Positions 9,610 to 19,683 of a stretch of DNA of 64,000 bases are shown here, one piece after another (the stretch's first letter is position 1; each line of letters opens with the position of its first letter). Source of the DNA: an uncultured Victivallales bacterium. Its GTDB lineage: Bacteria; Verrucomicrobiota; Lentisphaeria; Victivallales; UBA1829. The notes beneath the pieces were generated by a model, which was not told the origin of the DNA, made no database searches, and saw nothing but the letters and a program-made list of their open reading frames with translations. The position numbers and the translations under genes were made by a program. The stretch lies in assembly GCA_944390735.1 (NCBI GenBank), contig CALXRL010000031.1:8955-72954 (forward strand), read 5' to 3'.

Positions 9610-12543
9610 ATGAATTTCCGCATTCTTTCCGCCGTCTTCTGCAGTCTTCTAATTTCCGGAACACTTTTCGCCGCCGTCGCTGTGGATTTCTCAAAAGATT
9701 CGCTGATCCATTATCCGCTTCCGAATCATCCGGAGGATCGGATTCGGATCGGAAAATCGGAAATTCCGGGAAAAGGAAAAACGGGAGTCTCCCTTTCCTG
9801 GGAGACGGAACATTATCATTACACGCAGACTGGAATTCTCAGGAACCCGCTTCCGGAGTTTCAGAAATTCCGGAAAATGGAACTGATGTTGAATGTGTTT
9901 GTGGAACCGGGAAGCAGGGTTTCCCAGTTCGGACTGCGTTTCCGGGATGCGGAAGGGGAAATCTTTCAGATCTCCTCGGAACGACTGACGTCGGGAAGCA
10001 ATGGAAATCAAAGAATCGCGCTGCTTTTTGATGCGGAAAAACTTCCTCCGTCCTGGGGAACGAAACAGAACCGGAAAATCGACTGGCCGCTGCGATTGTT
10101 CGGCATGACGGTTTCCTTTCCTCCCCAGAGCGGCCGGGGAAGGGTCGTTTTCGAATCCATCGAAACTCTGAATCCGGATCGTCTTCTGGATTCCGTGGAG
10201 GTCAGGACGGATACGGGGCATCCGCTTCATCTGCTGCTTTCCGAACATGGGAATCCGCGTCTTTCCTTCCGGAACACGCTGAATCGGCCGGTCTCTTTTC
10301 TGGCGGAATGGAAGCTTTCCGATTTCCGGGGCAAAACGCTGGCGGCCTCCCGGAAACGGATGAATCTGCCGCCGGAAAATACGATCGCCGTTCCCATTCC
10401 GGGGAAATTTCCACTGGGAATCTTTTATGTCGATTACAGACTGAAGATGACGGACGGTTCCGGAGAAACGTCCGGCAGACGCTCGTTTGCCTTCCTTCTT
10501 TCTTCCGGAGAAAAAAAGGCTCGGCAGGGAGAATTTCTGTTCGGCGTCTGTTCCCATCCGGGACGAATTCCGCCGGAAGAACAGGAGCTGGAGGCTCTTG
10601 CGGCTTCTCTCTGCGGAGCACGGTATCTGCGCACGGGAATCTCCTGGGAAAGTCTCGAACGGCAAAAAGGAAAGCGCGATTATTCCCGTTTCGACCGCGT
10701 TGTCGATACGTTCCTGAAATATGGCATTGAAACGCAGGTCCTTCTTGCATTCACCCCCCGCTGGGCCGTTTCCGGAGAAGGAAGTCCCGTTTATCCCAAG
10801 GACCGCAGGCTCATGTTCCGACTCCCCGATTACGATGCCTATGCCTCTTTCGCAGAGGAAACGGCTCGACGCTACAAAGGAAAGCTGCGCTTTTTTGAGA
10901 TCTGGAACGAACCGGATATCTCATTCGGAAATTTTACAACGGAGCAGTACCTCAAACTTCTCCGTGCCGGATATGAAGGTGTCAAACGGGGGAATCCGGA
11001 AGCCGTCGTCATGACCGGCGGTTTCACCTATATGCCGCTGAGCGATGTGCCTCCGAAACCAGGAATGATGCGCCGGACACTCATCGAAGGAAAAGGCTTC
11101 TATGACATCCATGCGTTTCACGGCCATGGTCCCTTCGAACATTACCGGCCGCAGATTCCCGCCATGCTCGAAATGCGGAGGAACGGCAGGATCTCGGCGC
11201 CATGGTATGCCAATGAGACCGCCGACCATTCGATTCGCGGAGAGGTCCATCAGGCTGTCACGCTGTTTCAGAAACTGATTTTCAGCTGGGCAAACGGAGC
11301 CATGGGCTACAACTGGTACGATCTGCGGAACGATGGATATGATCGTTATGAGAAAGAACATAATTTCGGGATGCTGACACGCGATTTCCAGCCGAAAGCG
11401 GTCTATCCGGTTTACGGGATGCTGACACGATTGTTCGCTCCGGCCTCTTTTCGGAAAACGAGGAATCCCGGCGGAGGAATCTATCTGTATGAGTTCGAGA
11501 CGCCCGGGGCAGTTCTTCTCCCGATGTGGCGCGACGAGGGATCATTGCCCTCCGTCCTGGCATGGAAGACGGATGCCCGGAAAGCGGAGGCGGTGGACCT
11601 GATGGGCAACAGAACCGCGCTTGCCATGGAGGCCGGATTCGTGCTGGCGACTCCGGAACAGATTCCCTGTACGCTGATTCTCCATGGAGCGAAAAAAGTG
11701 GAGTTTGCCGGATTCGCGGTTCAATTCACTCAGCCGGGACTTCAAATTCCGGGGACTCCGGCCTATCTGCCCTTTGTTCTTCAGAATCCGTTCCCGCAAG
11801 AGCGTTCCTTCCGGATCGGAAGCGGATCACATTCCGCCGTGTATCCGCTGAAAGGCGGGGCGGAACAGCGGATTCGTATTCAGACCGATTCTCCGGAGTT
11901 CTGCTGGCAGCTGGGCGACTCCTTCCGGGGAACGCTTCCGGTTTCGTTTCTCCGGGCCCGTGTGATTTCAGCGGAAGCGCACCGGAAACCGGACTTTGTG
12001 CTGAACCGGGATGAGAACCGGGTGGAGCTCTTTCCCAACAATCCCCTGATGCGGCACATGACCTGGAAAGGGCCGGAGGATCTTTCCGCGGAAATCCGGC
12101 TCAGTCTCCGGAAGGATTCCCTGATCCTCGAGGCGGAAGTGGTGGATGACCGGCATGTTCAGCCCTATGCCCGGTCCATGGTCTGGCAGGGGGACAACAT
12201 TCAGGCGGCGTTCCGGTTTCCGAATCAGACCGGGAACTGGGAGATCGGTCTGAGCCGCCTTGATTCCGGGAAGGCGGAAGTCTTTTTCTGGGACGCTCCC
12301 CGGAAGGCGGATCCATCCGCCGTTCGACTCTCGACGGATCGGAAGGGCAACCGGACATGTTACCATGCGGAGATTCCCTTTTCCCTGTTCGGAATCAGAC
12401 GCGGGGATCTCGCCTGCGGATTCCGCTTCAATCTGCTGGTCAACGACAATGACGGCGATGGACGGAAAGGATGGCTGCAGATCGCTCCCGGTCTTGGAAA
12501 AGACAAGTCTCCCGTTCATTACCCCGTTTTGATTTTCCCCTGA
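9610..12543 (+). CDS. Secreted clan GH-A (GH5/GH39-like) glycoside hydrolase with C-terminal CBM9-like domain
   Basis: 977 aa. Signal peptide MNFRILSAVFCSLLISGTLFAA. Acid/base motif FFEIWNEPD, later ANETA. C-terminal NLLVNDNDGDGRKGW is CBM9/DOMON-like. Confidence 0.7.
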   Translation: MNFRILSAVFCSLLISGTLFAAVAVDFSKDSLIHYPLPNHPEDRIRIGKSEIPGKGKTGVSLSWETEHYHYTQTGILRNPLPEFQKFRKMELMLNVFVEPGSRVSQFGLRFRDAEGEIFQISSERLTSGSNGNQRIALLFDAEKLPPSWGTKQNRKIDWPLRLFGMTVSFPPQSGRGRVVFESIETLNPDRLLDSVEVRTDTGHPLHLLLSEHGNPRLSFRNTLNRPVSFLAEWKLSDFRGKTLAASRKRMNLPPENTIAVPIPGKFPLGIFYVDYRLKMTDGSGETSGRRSFAFLLSSGEKKARQGEFLFGVCSHPGRIPPEEQELEALAASLCGARYLRTGISWESLERQKGKRDYSRFDRVVDTFLKYGIETQVLLAFTPRWAVSGEGSPVYPKDRRLMFRLPDYDAYASFAEETARRYKGKLRFFEIWNEPDISFGNFTTEQYLKLLRAGYEGVKRGNPEAVVMTGGFTYMPLSDVPPKPGMMRRTLIEGKGFYDIHAFHGHGPFEHYRPQIPAMLEMRRNGRISAPWYANETADHSIRGEVHQAVTLFQKLIFSWANGAMGYNWYDLRNDGYDRYEKEHNFGMLTRDFQPKAVYPVYGMLTRLFAPASFRKTRNPGGGIYLYEFETPGAVLLPMWRDEGSLPSVLAWKTDARKAEAVDLMGNRTALAMEAGFVLATPEQIPCTLILHGAKKVEFAGFAVQFTQPGLQIPGTPAYLPFVLQNPFPQERSFRIGSGSHSAVYPLKGGAEQRIRIQTDSPEFCWQLGDSFRGTLPVSFLRARVISAEAHRKPDFVLNRDENRVELFPNNPLMRHMTWKGPEDLSAEIRLSLRKDSLILEAEVVDDRHVQPYARSMVWQGDNIQAAFRFPNQTGNWEIGLSRLDSGKAEVFFWDAPRKADPSAVRLSTDRKGNRTCYHAEIPFSLFGIRRGDLACGFRFNLLVNDNDGDGRKGWLQIAPGLGKDKSPVHYPVLIFP

Positions 12544-12586
12544 AATGAAAAGGAACCCAGATGCCGAAAACAGAGAGGTCATCCCG

Positions 12587-14371
12587 ATGAATTCGATCCG
12601 GATCGCTTTCCGCGACTTTCTGCGCCCCGATACCAAAGAGGACGCTTCCGCCGCCTTCCGAGCCCTTTCGGAACAGCTTGCCGGGCTTCCCGGCGACTCT
12701 CCCGTCTCCGTTCACTTCGAGCCCGGAAGGTATGATTTTTATGAAGAAGGCGCCTTCGAACGCGTCTGCTACATTTCCAATCATACGCAAACCCGTCGGA
12801 AAAAGATCGCTCTGCTGATCGAAAACCGCAGAAATGTCATCCTGAACGGCAACGGCGCCCGGTTCCTGTTTCATGGAACGCTCATTCCGGTCGCTTTTCT
12901 CCGGACCGAAAACTGCGTGCTGAAAAATCTCTCCATCGACTATGAGTTTCCGCAGCTTCATCAGCTTGTCATCCGGGAGGTCGATGAGCTCCATGACGAG
13001 CTTGTCTGTGAACTCCTGCCCCGGGAGGAGTTCCGCATCAAGGACGGCTGCCGCCTCCGCTTTCTTCACGAACACAATCCGGAGTATTCCCTTCAGTCAA
13101 TCATGCCTTTTGAGGAAAACGGAAGACTCTGCTGGAACAAGGCGGATCTCTCATTTCAGCCGGAACGGATTGTCGATCTCGGCAGCGGCAGACTCCGGCT
13201 CCTCTCCTGCGGTCTCTCCGGACTCCGGCCCGGCTGCCGACTGGTCCTGCGTCCGGCGCTGCGCCCGACTCCCGGAATTTTTCTTCATCACGCCGACCGC
13301 ACAGAAATCGAACAGGTCACCGTGCACTATGCGTTCGGCATGGGACTTCTCGCCCAGATGACCGAAGACATTACTCTCCGTTCCTTCTCCGTCCGGCGCA
13401 GGAGTCCGGATGATCCCCGCTTCTTCACCACTCAGGCGGACGCCACCCATTTCTCCGGATGCAAAGGCCGGATCCTTTCCGAAAACGGTCTCTACGAGGG
13501 CATGGCCGATGACGCCATCAATGTGCACGGAATCTATCTGCGCATTCTGGAACAACGGGACCGCCGGACTATCCGCGCCTCCTATATGCACCGCGAAACC
13601 TGGGGATTCGACTGGGGGGAAAAGGGGAATGTCGTCTGCTTCCTCCGCTCGCGCACCATGGAATATGAACCGGAGAAACGCCGCATCGCCTCCATCCGGC
13701 CCGTGGATTCCGATACCGAATCGGGGGCGAAGGTGTTTGAAATCGTCTTCGAGCAGGATCTTCCCCCGTTTGCTCCCGGGGAACCGTACGGAATCGAAAA
13801 CCTCACCTGGACTCCGGAAGTCCTGTTCCGCAACAACATCATCCGGAACAACCGTGCTCGCGGGGCTCTGTTCAGCACTCCGAAACGGGTGGTCTGCGAG
13901 AACAACTTCTTCGATCATACCCACGGATCCGCCATTCTGCTCTGCGGGGACTGCAACGGCTGGTTCGAAACCGGAGCCTGTCATGAGGTCTTCATCCGGA
14001 ACAACCGCTTCCGGAACGCGCTCACCGCCATGTATCAGTTTACGGAGGCCGTGATCTCCATCTATCCGGAAATTCCGGACCTGAGTGCGCAGAAACAGTT
14101 CTTCCATTCGAACATCACCATTACGGGAAATACCTTTGAGATCTTTGATGCGCAGGTCCTTTACGCGAAATCAACGGAACACCTTATTTTCTCGGACAAT
14201 ACCATCCTTCACAATCACGATTTTCCGCCATTTCATCGGAACCGGTTTCTGTTCCTGCTGGAAAAAACCGCGGATGTCCGCATCGTGAACAATCATTTCG
14301 ATGTTCCGTTTGTTCCGGAAAAAGACATCTGCATCCGGAACGGCAACCCCGGTGCTGTCACTGTAAGCTGA
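12587..14371 (+). CDS. Right-handed beta-helix glycosidase, GH110 (alpha-1,3-galactosidase)-like
   Basis: GRYDFYEEGAFERVCYISNH...NGNGARFLFHGTLIPVAF..LKNLSIDYEFP, and later NNRARGALFSTP. I recall this pattern from GH110 beta-helix enzymes. An alternative start at ATG 12545 exists; 12587 has the better SD (agagagg). Confidence 0.6.
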   Translation: MNSIRIAFRDFLRPDTKEDASAAFRALSEQLAGLPGDSPVSVHFEPGRYDFYEEGAFERVCYISNHTQTRRKKIALLIENRRNVILNGNGARFLFHGTLIPVAFLRTENCVLKNLSIDYEFPQLHQLVIREVDELHDELVCELLPREEFRIKDGCRLRFLHEHNPEYSLQSIMPFEENGRLCWNKADLSFQPERIVDLGSGRLRLLSCGLSGLRPGCRLVLRPALRPTPGIFLHHADRTEIEQVTVHYAFGMGLLAQMTEDITLRSFSVRRRSPDDPRFFTTQADATHFSGCKGRILSENGLYEGMADDAINVHGIYLRILEQRDRRTIRASYMHRETWGFDWGEKGNVVCFLRSRTMEYEPEKRRIASIRPVDSDTESGAKVFEIVFEQDLPPFAPGEPYGIENLTWTPEVLFRNNIIRNNRARGALFSTPKRVVCENNFFDHTHGSAILLCGDCNGWFETGACHEVFIRNNRFRNALTAMYQFTEAVISIYPEIPDLSAQKQFFHSNITITGNTFEIFDAQVLYAKSTEHLIFSDNTILHNHDFPPFHRNRFLFLLEKTADVRIVNNHFDVPFVPEKDICIRNGNPGAVTVS

Positions 14372-14428
14372 AGCCTTCCATCCGGATGCGGTCACGGAAG
14401 TGTCACATCCGGAAAGTTCCATTCCCTG

Positions 14429-14812
14429 TTACACCGGGGTGTCCGTCTGTCGGTCAAACACCTCCTTGGCGAGAAAGACCGCATTGACCGCGGCGGGAAA
14501 TCCCGCATATACCGCAAGCTGAATAAACACCTCCAGAATCTCTTCCTTCGAGATGCCGACATTCAGCGCCATATTGATATGCGATTTCAGCTCCTCCTTC
14601 GCATACCCCAGGGAAGCAAGAGAAGAGAGAATCACCAGTTCCCGCTCCCGCTTGCCGAGTCCCGGACGGGAATGCACATCCCCGAACGCAAACTCCTTGA
14701 TGTAGGTGTTCAGATCGGGCGCGATCTCACACAGTTTCGCTCCGATGGGGCTGTTGTTGTTCATCTCCCTGAGCCGGTTCCATCCTTTTCGATAGCGTTC
14801 GGATTCTTCCAT
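14429..14812 (-). CDS. Carboxymuconolactone decarboxylase (CMD/AhpD-like) family protein
   Basis: 127 aa. [80 protein letters not shown] is the typical CMD-family core. Confidence 0.85.
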   Translation of the reverse strand: MEESERYRKGWNRLREMNNNSPIGAKLCEIAPDLNTYIKEFAFGDVHSRPGLGKRERELVILSSLASLGYAKEELKSHINMALNVGISKEEILEVFIQLAVYAGFPAAVNAVFLAKEVFDRQTDTPV

Positions 14813-15747
14813 TTTTCCTTTTTTCCGTTCTGTTCTGTTTTTGCTGTGTTGATTATGTTCAGACCGAATCCGGAGAGAATCCGTTCGGCGTGTTCCATGT
14901 CCTGCGCGGAGGGCGCGGGGACGGACGGCATGGTGTCCGCATGTCCCACCGTCTCATATTTGGAACGGGCCAGGGAGTGATAGGCCAGCAGCCGGACCGC
15001 AGTGATGTTTTTCCGTCGGGAAAGGAACGTTCCGGCCCCGATGAGATCCGGATCCGACAGATTGTATTCCGGAATCAGCGGCATCCGGATTTCAATCGGC
15101 ACTCCGCATTCGGAAAGGCGGGTCAGGTTTTCCAGAATCCGCTCGTTGGGCGCCCCGGTGAACTCCCTGTGTTTCCGGGAATCAATCTCCTTGAAATCGT
15201 AGAGGAAGAGATCCGTCAGCGGCAGCACGCGCTCGAAGGCCTCCCACGGCACATTGCCGCAGGTATCGACGGCGCAGGAGATGCCTTCCTTCTTCAGAAT
15301 CCGGAACAGTTCCGCGCAGAATTCCGCCTGAAGCAGCGGTTCGCCGCCGGAAACGGTGGCTCCTCCGTTGGAATATTCATAAAAAATGCGATCCTCCAGA
15401 ATCCGGTTCGCGGCCTCTTCCGCGGAGATCGGCTGTCCGTACAGAACCAGAGCGTCGTACAGACAGGCGGAGACGCATTTTCCGCAGGCGATGCATTCGG
15501 AGCGGTCGATCCGGTGTTCGTTCCCGGCAAACGAATGGCAGTGGCGCGGACAGACTCCCGCACACGCTCCGCAGAGCACGCATTTGTTTTTCCGGAAGCC
15601 GAGTTCCGGCTCGCGGCGGACACTCTCCGGATTGTGACACCAGACGCATGCCAGAGGACACCCTTTCAGAAAGAGAGTCGTCCGGATTCCCGGTCCGTCA
15701 TGCACGGCGAAGCGTTTCCATTCGACCATGAATCCTTCGGTTTTCAT
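14761..15747 (-). CDS. Glycyl-radical enzyme activating enzyme (radical SAM)
   Basis: 328 aa. [25 protein letters not shown] (CX3CX2C) plus two ferredoxin-type clusters [12 protein letters not shown] and [15 protein letters not shown] overlap with the upstream GRE gene. Confidence 0.93.
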   Translation of the reverse strand: MKTEGFMVEWKRFAVHDGPGIRTTLFLKGCPLACVWCHNPESVRREPELGFRKNKCVLCGACAGVCPRHCHSFAGNEHRIDRSECIACGKCVSACLYDALVLYGQPISAEEAANRILEDRIFYEYSNGGATVSGGEPLLQAEFCAELFRILKKEGISCAVDTCGNVPWEAFERVLPLTDLFLYDFKEIDSRKHREFTGAPNERILENLTRLSECGVPIEIRMPLIPEYNLSDPDLIGAGTFLSRRKNITAVRLLAYHSLARSKYETVGHADTMPSVPAPSAQDMEHAERILSGFGLNIINTAKTEQNGKKEKWKNPNAIEKDGTGSGR

Positions 15748-17852
15748 GCGATGTTCTCCGCCTGTGCAATGAAGGTGTTCTGCTCCTCGGGACGCAGGTC
15801 GGTGAACCGCACGTTCCAGCCGCAGACGCGCACCTGAAGATTGGTATACTTTTCCGGATGCCGTTGTGCATCCCGGAGCGTTTCGGCATCGAAGATATTG
15901 AACTGAAGTCCGCTTCCGCCCGCGGCGATGAAGGCCCGGATGATCGCGGTCAGGACCTCGATTCCCTCCTCTCCGCGGACTGCGCTCGGATGAAGCATCA
16001 GATCCAGGCAGGTTCCGCAGGGAAAGGCGGAAAAATCAAGTTTCAGCACGGAATTCATCAGGGAGGTGATTCCGTTTTTATCCATCGGAATGCAGGCGTC
16101 CATGTTTTTGGAAACGGGAGTTCCGGCTTTTCGGCCGTCGGGAAGGGCGCCGATCTGTTTGCCGCGCTCCACGACGGACTGTCCGTAAAGAGAGGCAAAG
16201 AAATGTCCGCCGCGCGCGTTCTCCTGACGGTTGACCAGCGGGGAGACAAATTCGGCGATTTCGCGCCCGATCCGATCCGCCCTTTCATCGTTGTTGCCCC
16301 ATTTCGGCGCACGGTTCCGGGCGATCATCCGGAGCTTTTCCCAGCCGTTCCAGTCGGCGGCAAGCGCTTTGCGCAGTTCCGGAAGCGTGCAGAGCTTCTC
16401 CTGATACACCAGAAATTCCACGGCCGCCAGCGAATCCACCGCCTCGGCGAAGAAGCTGATGACGCATCCGGTGCTGTTGTATTCCACGCCGCCCTGCGAG
16501 ATATCCCGTCCGGTCTCCATGCAGTGGGCGAAGGAGCCGGCGAGAAACGGCGAGGGATTCACTTCGCTCCAGAGTTTCTCGCAGCGGCACTGCTGCTTCC
16601 GCAGAAGAAGAACATCCTCCTCCATCATCTCGAAATACGCATGTTTGAACGCTTCAAACGTGGGATACTCCTTTCCGTTTCGCAGCTCCTGAAGGAGGAT
16701 CGCGGGCAGGTAGAGATGGGTCGCTCCGGAGGTGGAAATCTCCTTGCCGAGCACGGCGGGTTCGTAACAGCCGATGGGAATGAAATTTTCCGCATCCTCG
16801 CGGGTCCGTCCATGCCGGACAAGTCCCTGAATCACGACGTCATTGTTCAGAAAGACGATTCCGTTGCGGCCGTCGCGAATGTTTTTTGCGGCAAGCTCCA
16901 GAAAATCCTGCGGCGTGTCCGGCGTGACCCGGACGGAGAGTTTCGGATCAACCGTGTTCATCTTGTGATACACCTCCATCCCGAGATACGACAGTTCGTT
17001 GATTTCCGGTCCGAAACAGAAATTCTTCCCGAAGCGTGTCCCCTGCCATTTCGCATAGAAGGCGATCCAGAAATATTGAATCAGTTCTTCCGCCGACTCC
17101 CTGGTGAGGCGTCCGGCCTTGAGATCGCGGCGGTAGAAGTCGATGTACAGGCGGTCGAACCAGCCCATGGTGCGGACCTCCTCTCCCTCGATTTCCTGAA
17201 GATCATGAAACAGATACGCCAGCTGAAACGCCTCCCGGAGCGTCTGCGGCGGCCGTTCCGCAAGAGCCAGAAGTGCCTCGTTTCCGGAGGCTTTCCCCAG
17301 ACGGCGGCAGAGTTCAATGGCTCCGTCATACACCATCACCGCGGCACGGTGCAGAGCGGTGGACCCTTTCGCTGCCCGGTCGCGCAGACCGGGAAATCCG
17401 AGTTTCAGAATCGCCATCCAGTCGGGGGAGGTGTGGCTGGTGTCGATCATATAGCCGATGGAATGCTCCATGTCGATTACGAACATCTTCTGATCTCCCG
17501 GCACGGAATGATCGGAAAACTCCTTCGGCCAGAGTTCATCGACCCATTTCCAGCGAAGTTTCTGAAACAGAGATGCGCAGGGATCCACTTTTCCTGCGAA
17601 ATAATTGTCGGGCTCCGGAGCAATCCGCGCTTTTGTGCAGACCAGATGAAGCAGAAAGGCTTTGGTCAGGACATGCTCCTCTCCGGGATTCTCCCGGCAA
17701 TGCGCTTCAAAAAGCGTCTGGATTCCCTGCTCATCCAGGCCGCTTTCCGGATCGTAGACAACATGTTCATACTGTTTTTCCAGACGTTTTCTGGCTGAAT
17801 CAAACAATTCCATAATGGCACTCCTTTCGGGAAAAGGAAATCCCGTTTTCAT
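15744..17852 (-). CDS. Glycyl radical enzyme, PFL2/dehydratase-lyase class, substrate unknown
   Basis: 702 aa. Glycyl-radical motif [12 protein letters not shown] at the C-terminus. Thiyl loop IPIGCYEP (Cys-x-Glu). GGVEYN and ALPDGRKAG are conserved GRE blocks. Confidence 0.93.
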   Translation of the reverse strand: MKTGFPFPERSAIMELFDSARKRLEKQYEHVVYDPESGLDEQGIQTLFEAHCRENPGEEHVLTKAFLLHLVCTKARIAPEPDNYFAGKVDPCASLFQKLRWKWVDELWPKEFSDHSVPGDQKMFVIDMEHSIGYMIDTSHTSPDWMAILKLGFPGLRDRAAKGSTALHRAAVMVYDGAIELCRRLGKASGNEALLALAERPPQTLREAFQLAYLFHDLQEIEGEEVRTMGWFDRLYIDFYRRDLKAGRLTRESAEELIQYFWIAFYAKWQGTRFGKNFCFGPEINELSYLGMEVYHKMNTVDPKLSVRVTPDTPQDFLELAAKNIRDGRNGIVFLNNDVVIQGLVRHGRTREDAENFIPIGCYEPAVLGKEISTSGATHLYLPAILLQELRNGKEYPTFEAFKHAYFEMMEEDVLLLRKQQCRCEKLWSEVNPSPFLAGSFAHCMETGRDISQGGVEYNSTGCVISFFAEAVDSLAAVEFLVYQEKLCTLPELRKALAADWNGWEKLRMIARNRAPKWGNNDERADRIGREIAEFVSPLVNRQENARGGHFFASLYGQSVVERGKQIGALPDGRKAGTPVSKNMDACIPMDKNGITSLMNSVLKLDFSAFPCGTCLDLMLHPSAVRGEEGIEVLTAIIRAFIAAGGSGLQFNIFDAETLRDAQRHPEKYTNLQVRVCGWNVRFTDLRPEEQNTFIAQAENIA

Positions 17853-17861
17853 TCCAGGTAA

Positions 17862-18560
17862 TTATGTTGTCATCTGGAGGTACGCTTCAAAATAGCGTCG
17901 TCCCAGTTCGCGTGCGGATGCGGAGGAGAAATGCAGTCCGTCGCCCTTGTCCGTCAGGCCCTCCGCGGAGACCAGGGTCAGATCCGACAGTTCGGTGACA
18001 ACGTTCCGGAGATCGGCGTCGATCCGCGGAAAATCATAGGGTCCGCCCTTCCGATAGTGTCCCAGTTCCCCGCAGAGAAACGGAACTTCGGAAAGCGGCA
18101 GATCCTCGCGAAAGTTCCGGATAACCTCTTTCAGATCCTCGGCATAATGAGGATTTTTCTGTTTGGCATCGGTCTCCCCCTGATGCCAGAGCACCGCGGC
18201 GAACCGGCCCCGTTCAAGCGCGGCTTTTGCCCGCCGTACTGCCTCGTCATACGGATGCTCCTGATCGTTCCACGGAGAACATCCGCCCCGTTTCCATGCG
18301 GAAATGGGAGTCCCCCCGACCGCGGTCGGAACTAAACCGACTGTGCAGTCCGGATTGGCCTCCAGCAGAAGTCGTCCGAATGTGCGCCCCGGACCGACGC
18401 CTGCAAATGCGCGGTCCTCCGTCACAGGCTCCACCGCCGGCACCCATTGCAGATCGCGATTGATCTTCATGAGTCCGGGAATTTCCACCCGGTCTTCCTC
18501 TTCCACTTCTCCGCGACCGGCCATGTTGGATTGTCCGGCAAGAAGCACAAGGAGCCACAT
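17862..18560 (-). CDS. SASA-family (sialate O-acetylesterase-like, SGNH) esterase, no signal peptide
   Basis: MWLLVLLAGQSNMAGRG (GQSNM block), ..WHQGETD... Only the C-terminal 232 aa of the 560-aa track ORF look coding. A GTG 5 codons upstream (18575) is an alternative start. Confidence 0.8.
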   Translation of the reverse strand: MWLLVLLAGQSNMAGRGEVEEEDRVEIPGLMKINRDLQWVPAVEPVTEDRAFAGVGPGRTFGRLLLEANPDCTVGLVPTAVGGTPISAWKRGGCSPWNDQEHPYDEAVRRAKAALERGRFAAVLWHQGETDAKQKNPHYAEDLKEVIRNFREDLPLSEVPFLCGELGHYRKGGPYDFPRIDADLRNVVTELSDLTLVSAEGLTDKGDGLHFSSASARELGRRYFEAYLQMTT

Positions 18561-18710
18561 TCCTTTTGTTTTCACCTTTCCGTTCCCCTTTGTTTTCTGA
18601 AGAACCGTTTTCCTTTTTCTGTTCTTTATTATAGCTTTTCCGAATGAAAATGGAATGCACGAATCCATCAGAATATTATGATTTTGTGACATTGCCGGAA
18701 AAAAGAACAG

Positions 18711-18739
18711 TTGAAAAAATATGAGAAACGCGGTATAGT
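18711..18739 (+). promoter_or_regulatory. Sigma70-type promoter of the AraC regulator
   Basis: TTGAAA, 17 nt, TATAGT, then SD aaggag and ATG 18762. This argues against the TTG start at 18711 used by the ORF track. Confidence 0.5.
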
Positions 18740-18761
18740 CCGAAAGCAAGGAGATTCTCTT

Positions 18762-19583
18762 ATGGCCGTCGAAGATAAAAAAGACATCTATCGCCTGGCA
18801 GACAGTCTGAACATGCGGTTTTCCCATTTTGCCAGAGGGACGTATCCCTGTTGTTCCCGCACCCGTTTCACGGTCAACCGCCTGATTCTGGTTCTGGAAA
18901 ATCCGAACGGGGAGGAGAACTGCATGGCGGATGATTCGGAACATCATGTCATGGTTCCGGGAAACTTCTATCTGGCTCCGGCGTTTCACAGCACCATTTT
19001 TCATTTTGACGAGGGGGTGCGTTTTTTTTCCATCCACTTCAATCTGGAGCTGTTTCCGGGAGTGGATCTGTTTTCCCGTCAGAACCGGATTCTTCACGGG
19101 AGTGCGGAGAATGTCATGGAGCGGACGGAATCGGCGTTCTCCAACCGGAGCGGACTGGCGGGCGCGCTGGAACTGAAAACCCTGATCTATGATCTGGTCT
19201 CGGGCTGTCTGAAACAGATGGATCCCGGGAGTCTGGAACTTGTTTCGCGATTCGCTCCCTATCAGAAGCTCATCGACTACATTTCCGGTCACTGCACCGC
19301 TTTGCTCACCGTGGAGGATCTGGCGCAGCAGATGAAGATGCGGCGCGATGTCTTTTCCCGCAAATTTAAAGCCGACACGGGCATTTCGCCGAAACGCTTT
19401 TTCCACCGTCTTCTTGTCGACCGGGCGACGCAGCTTCTCCGGATGCCGGACATCACCGCCCAGGAGGTCGCCTTTCAGCTGAACTTCAGCAGCGAATACT
19501 ATTTTTCCCGTTTTTTCAAACAGCATCTGGGGATTTCCCCGCATCGGTTTCAGCAGCAGTACCGGATTCGGAAAATGGTGTGA
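18762..19583 (+). CDS. AraC family transcriptional regulator
   Basis: C-terminal double HTH: TVEDLAQQMKMRRDVFSRKFKADTGISPKRFF..AQEVAFQLNFSSEYYFSRFFKQHLGISPHRF. N-terminal cupin-like sensor. Confidence 0.9.
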   Translation: MAVEDKKDIYRLADSLNMRFSHFARGTYPCCSRTRFTVNRLILVLENPNGEENCMADDSEHHVMVPGNFYLAPAFHSTIFHFDEGVRFFSIHFNLELFPGVDLFSRQNRILHGSAENVMERTESAFSNRSGLAGALELKTLIYDLVSGCLKQMDPGSLELVSRFAPYQKLIDYISGHCTALLTVEDLAQQMKMRRDVFSRKFKADTGISPKRFFHRLLVDRATQLLRMPDITAQEVAFQLNFSSEYYFSRFFKQHLGISPHRFQQQYRIRKMV

Positions 19584-19622
19584 AAATGCGGAAAATCCTC
19601 ATGTTTTTATTCCGATTTTCCA

Positions 19623-19651
19623 TTCCTTTTTCATGGATTCTGTGCTATAAT
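19623..19651 (+). promoter_or_regulatory. Putative extended -10 promoter upstream of the DUF4965-like gene
   Basis: TGcTATAAT (TATAAT at 19646-19651) with a weak -35 (ttcctt), 32 nt upstream of ATG 19684. SD aaggag. Confidence 0.4.
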
Positions 19652-19683
19652 CTATTTCATACAACCGGAAAAAGGAGTGTTGC

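Noticed and set aside
14761-14812. 52-nt overlap between the activase and the CMD gene, considered an annotation artefact (alternative CMD start MNNN at 14764 would give an ATGA overlap)
   Set aside because: The longer form ([17 protein letters not shown]) matches the usual N-terminal helix of CMD-family proteins, so I kept 14812. The alternative cannot be excluded without alignment.
18561-19544. N-terminal 328 aa of the 560-aa ORF 17862-19544 (would make a much larger esterase)
   Set aside because: That part runs antisense through the AraC gene and through the AT-rich divergent promoter region. Esterase homology (GQSNM) begins only at MWLL (18560).
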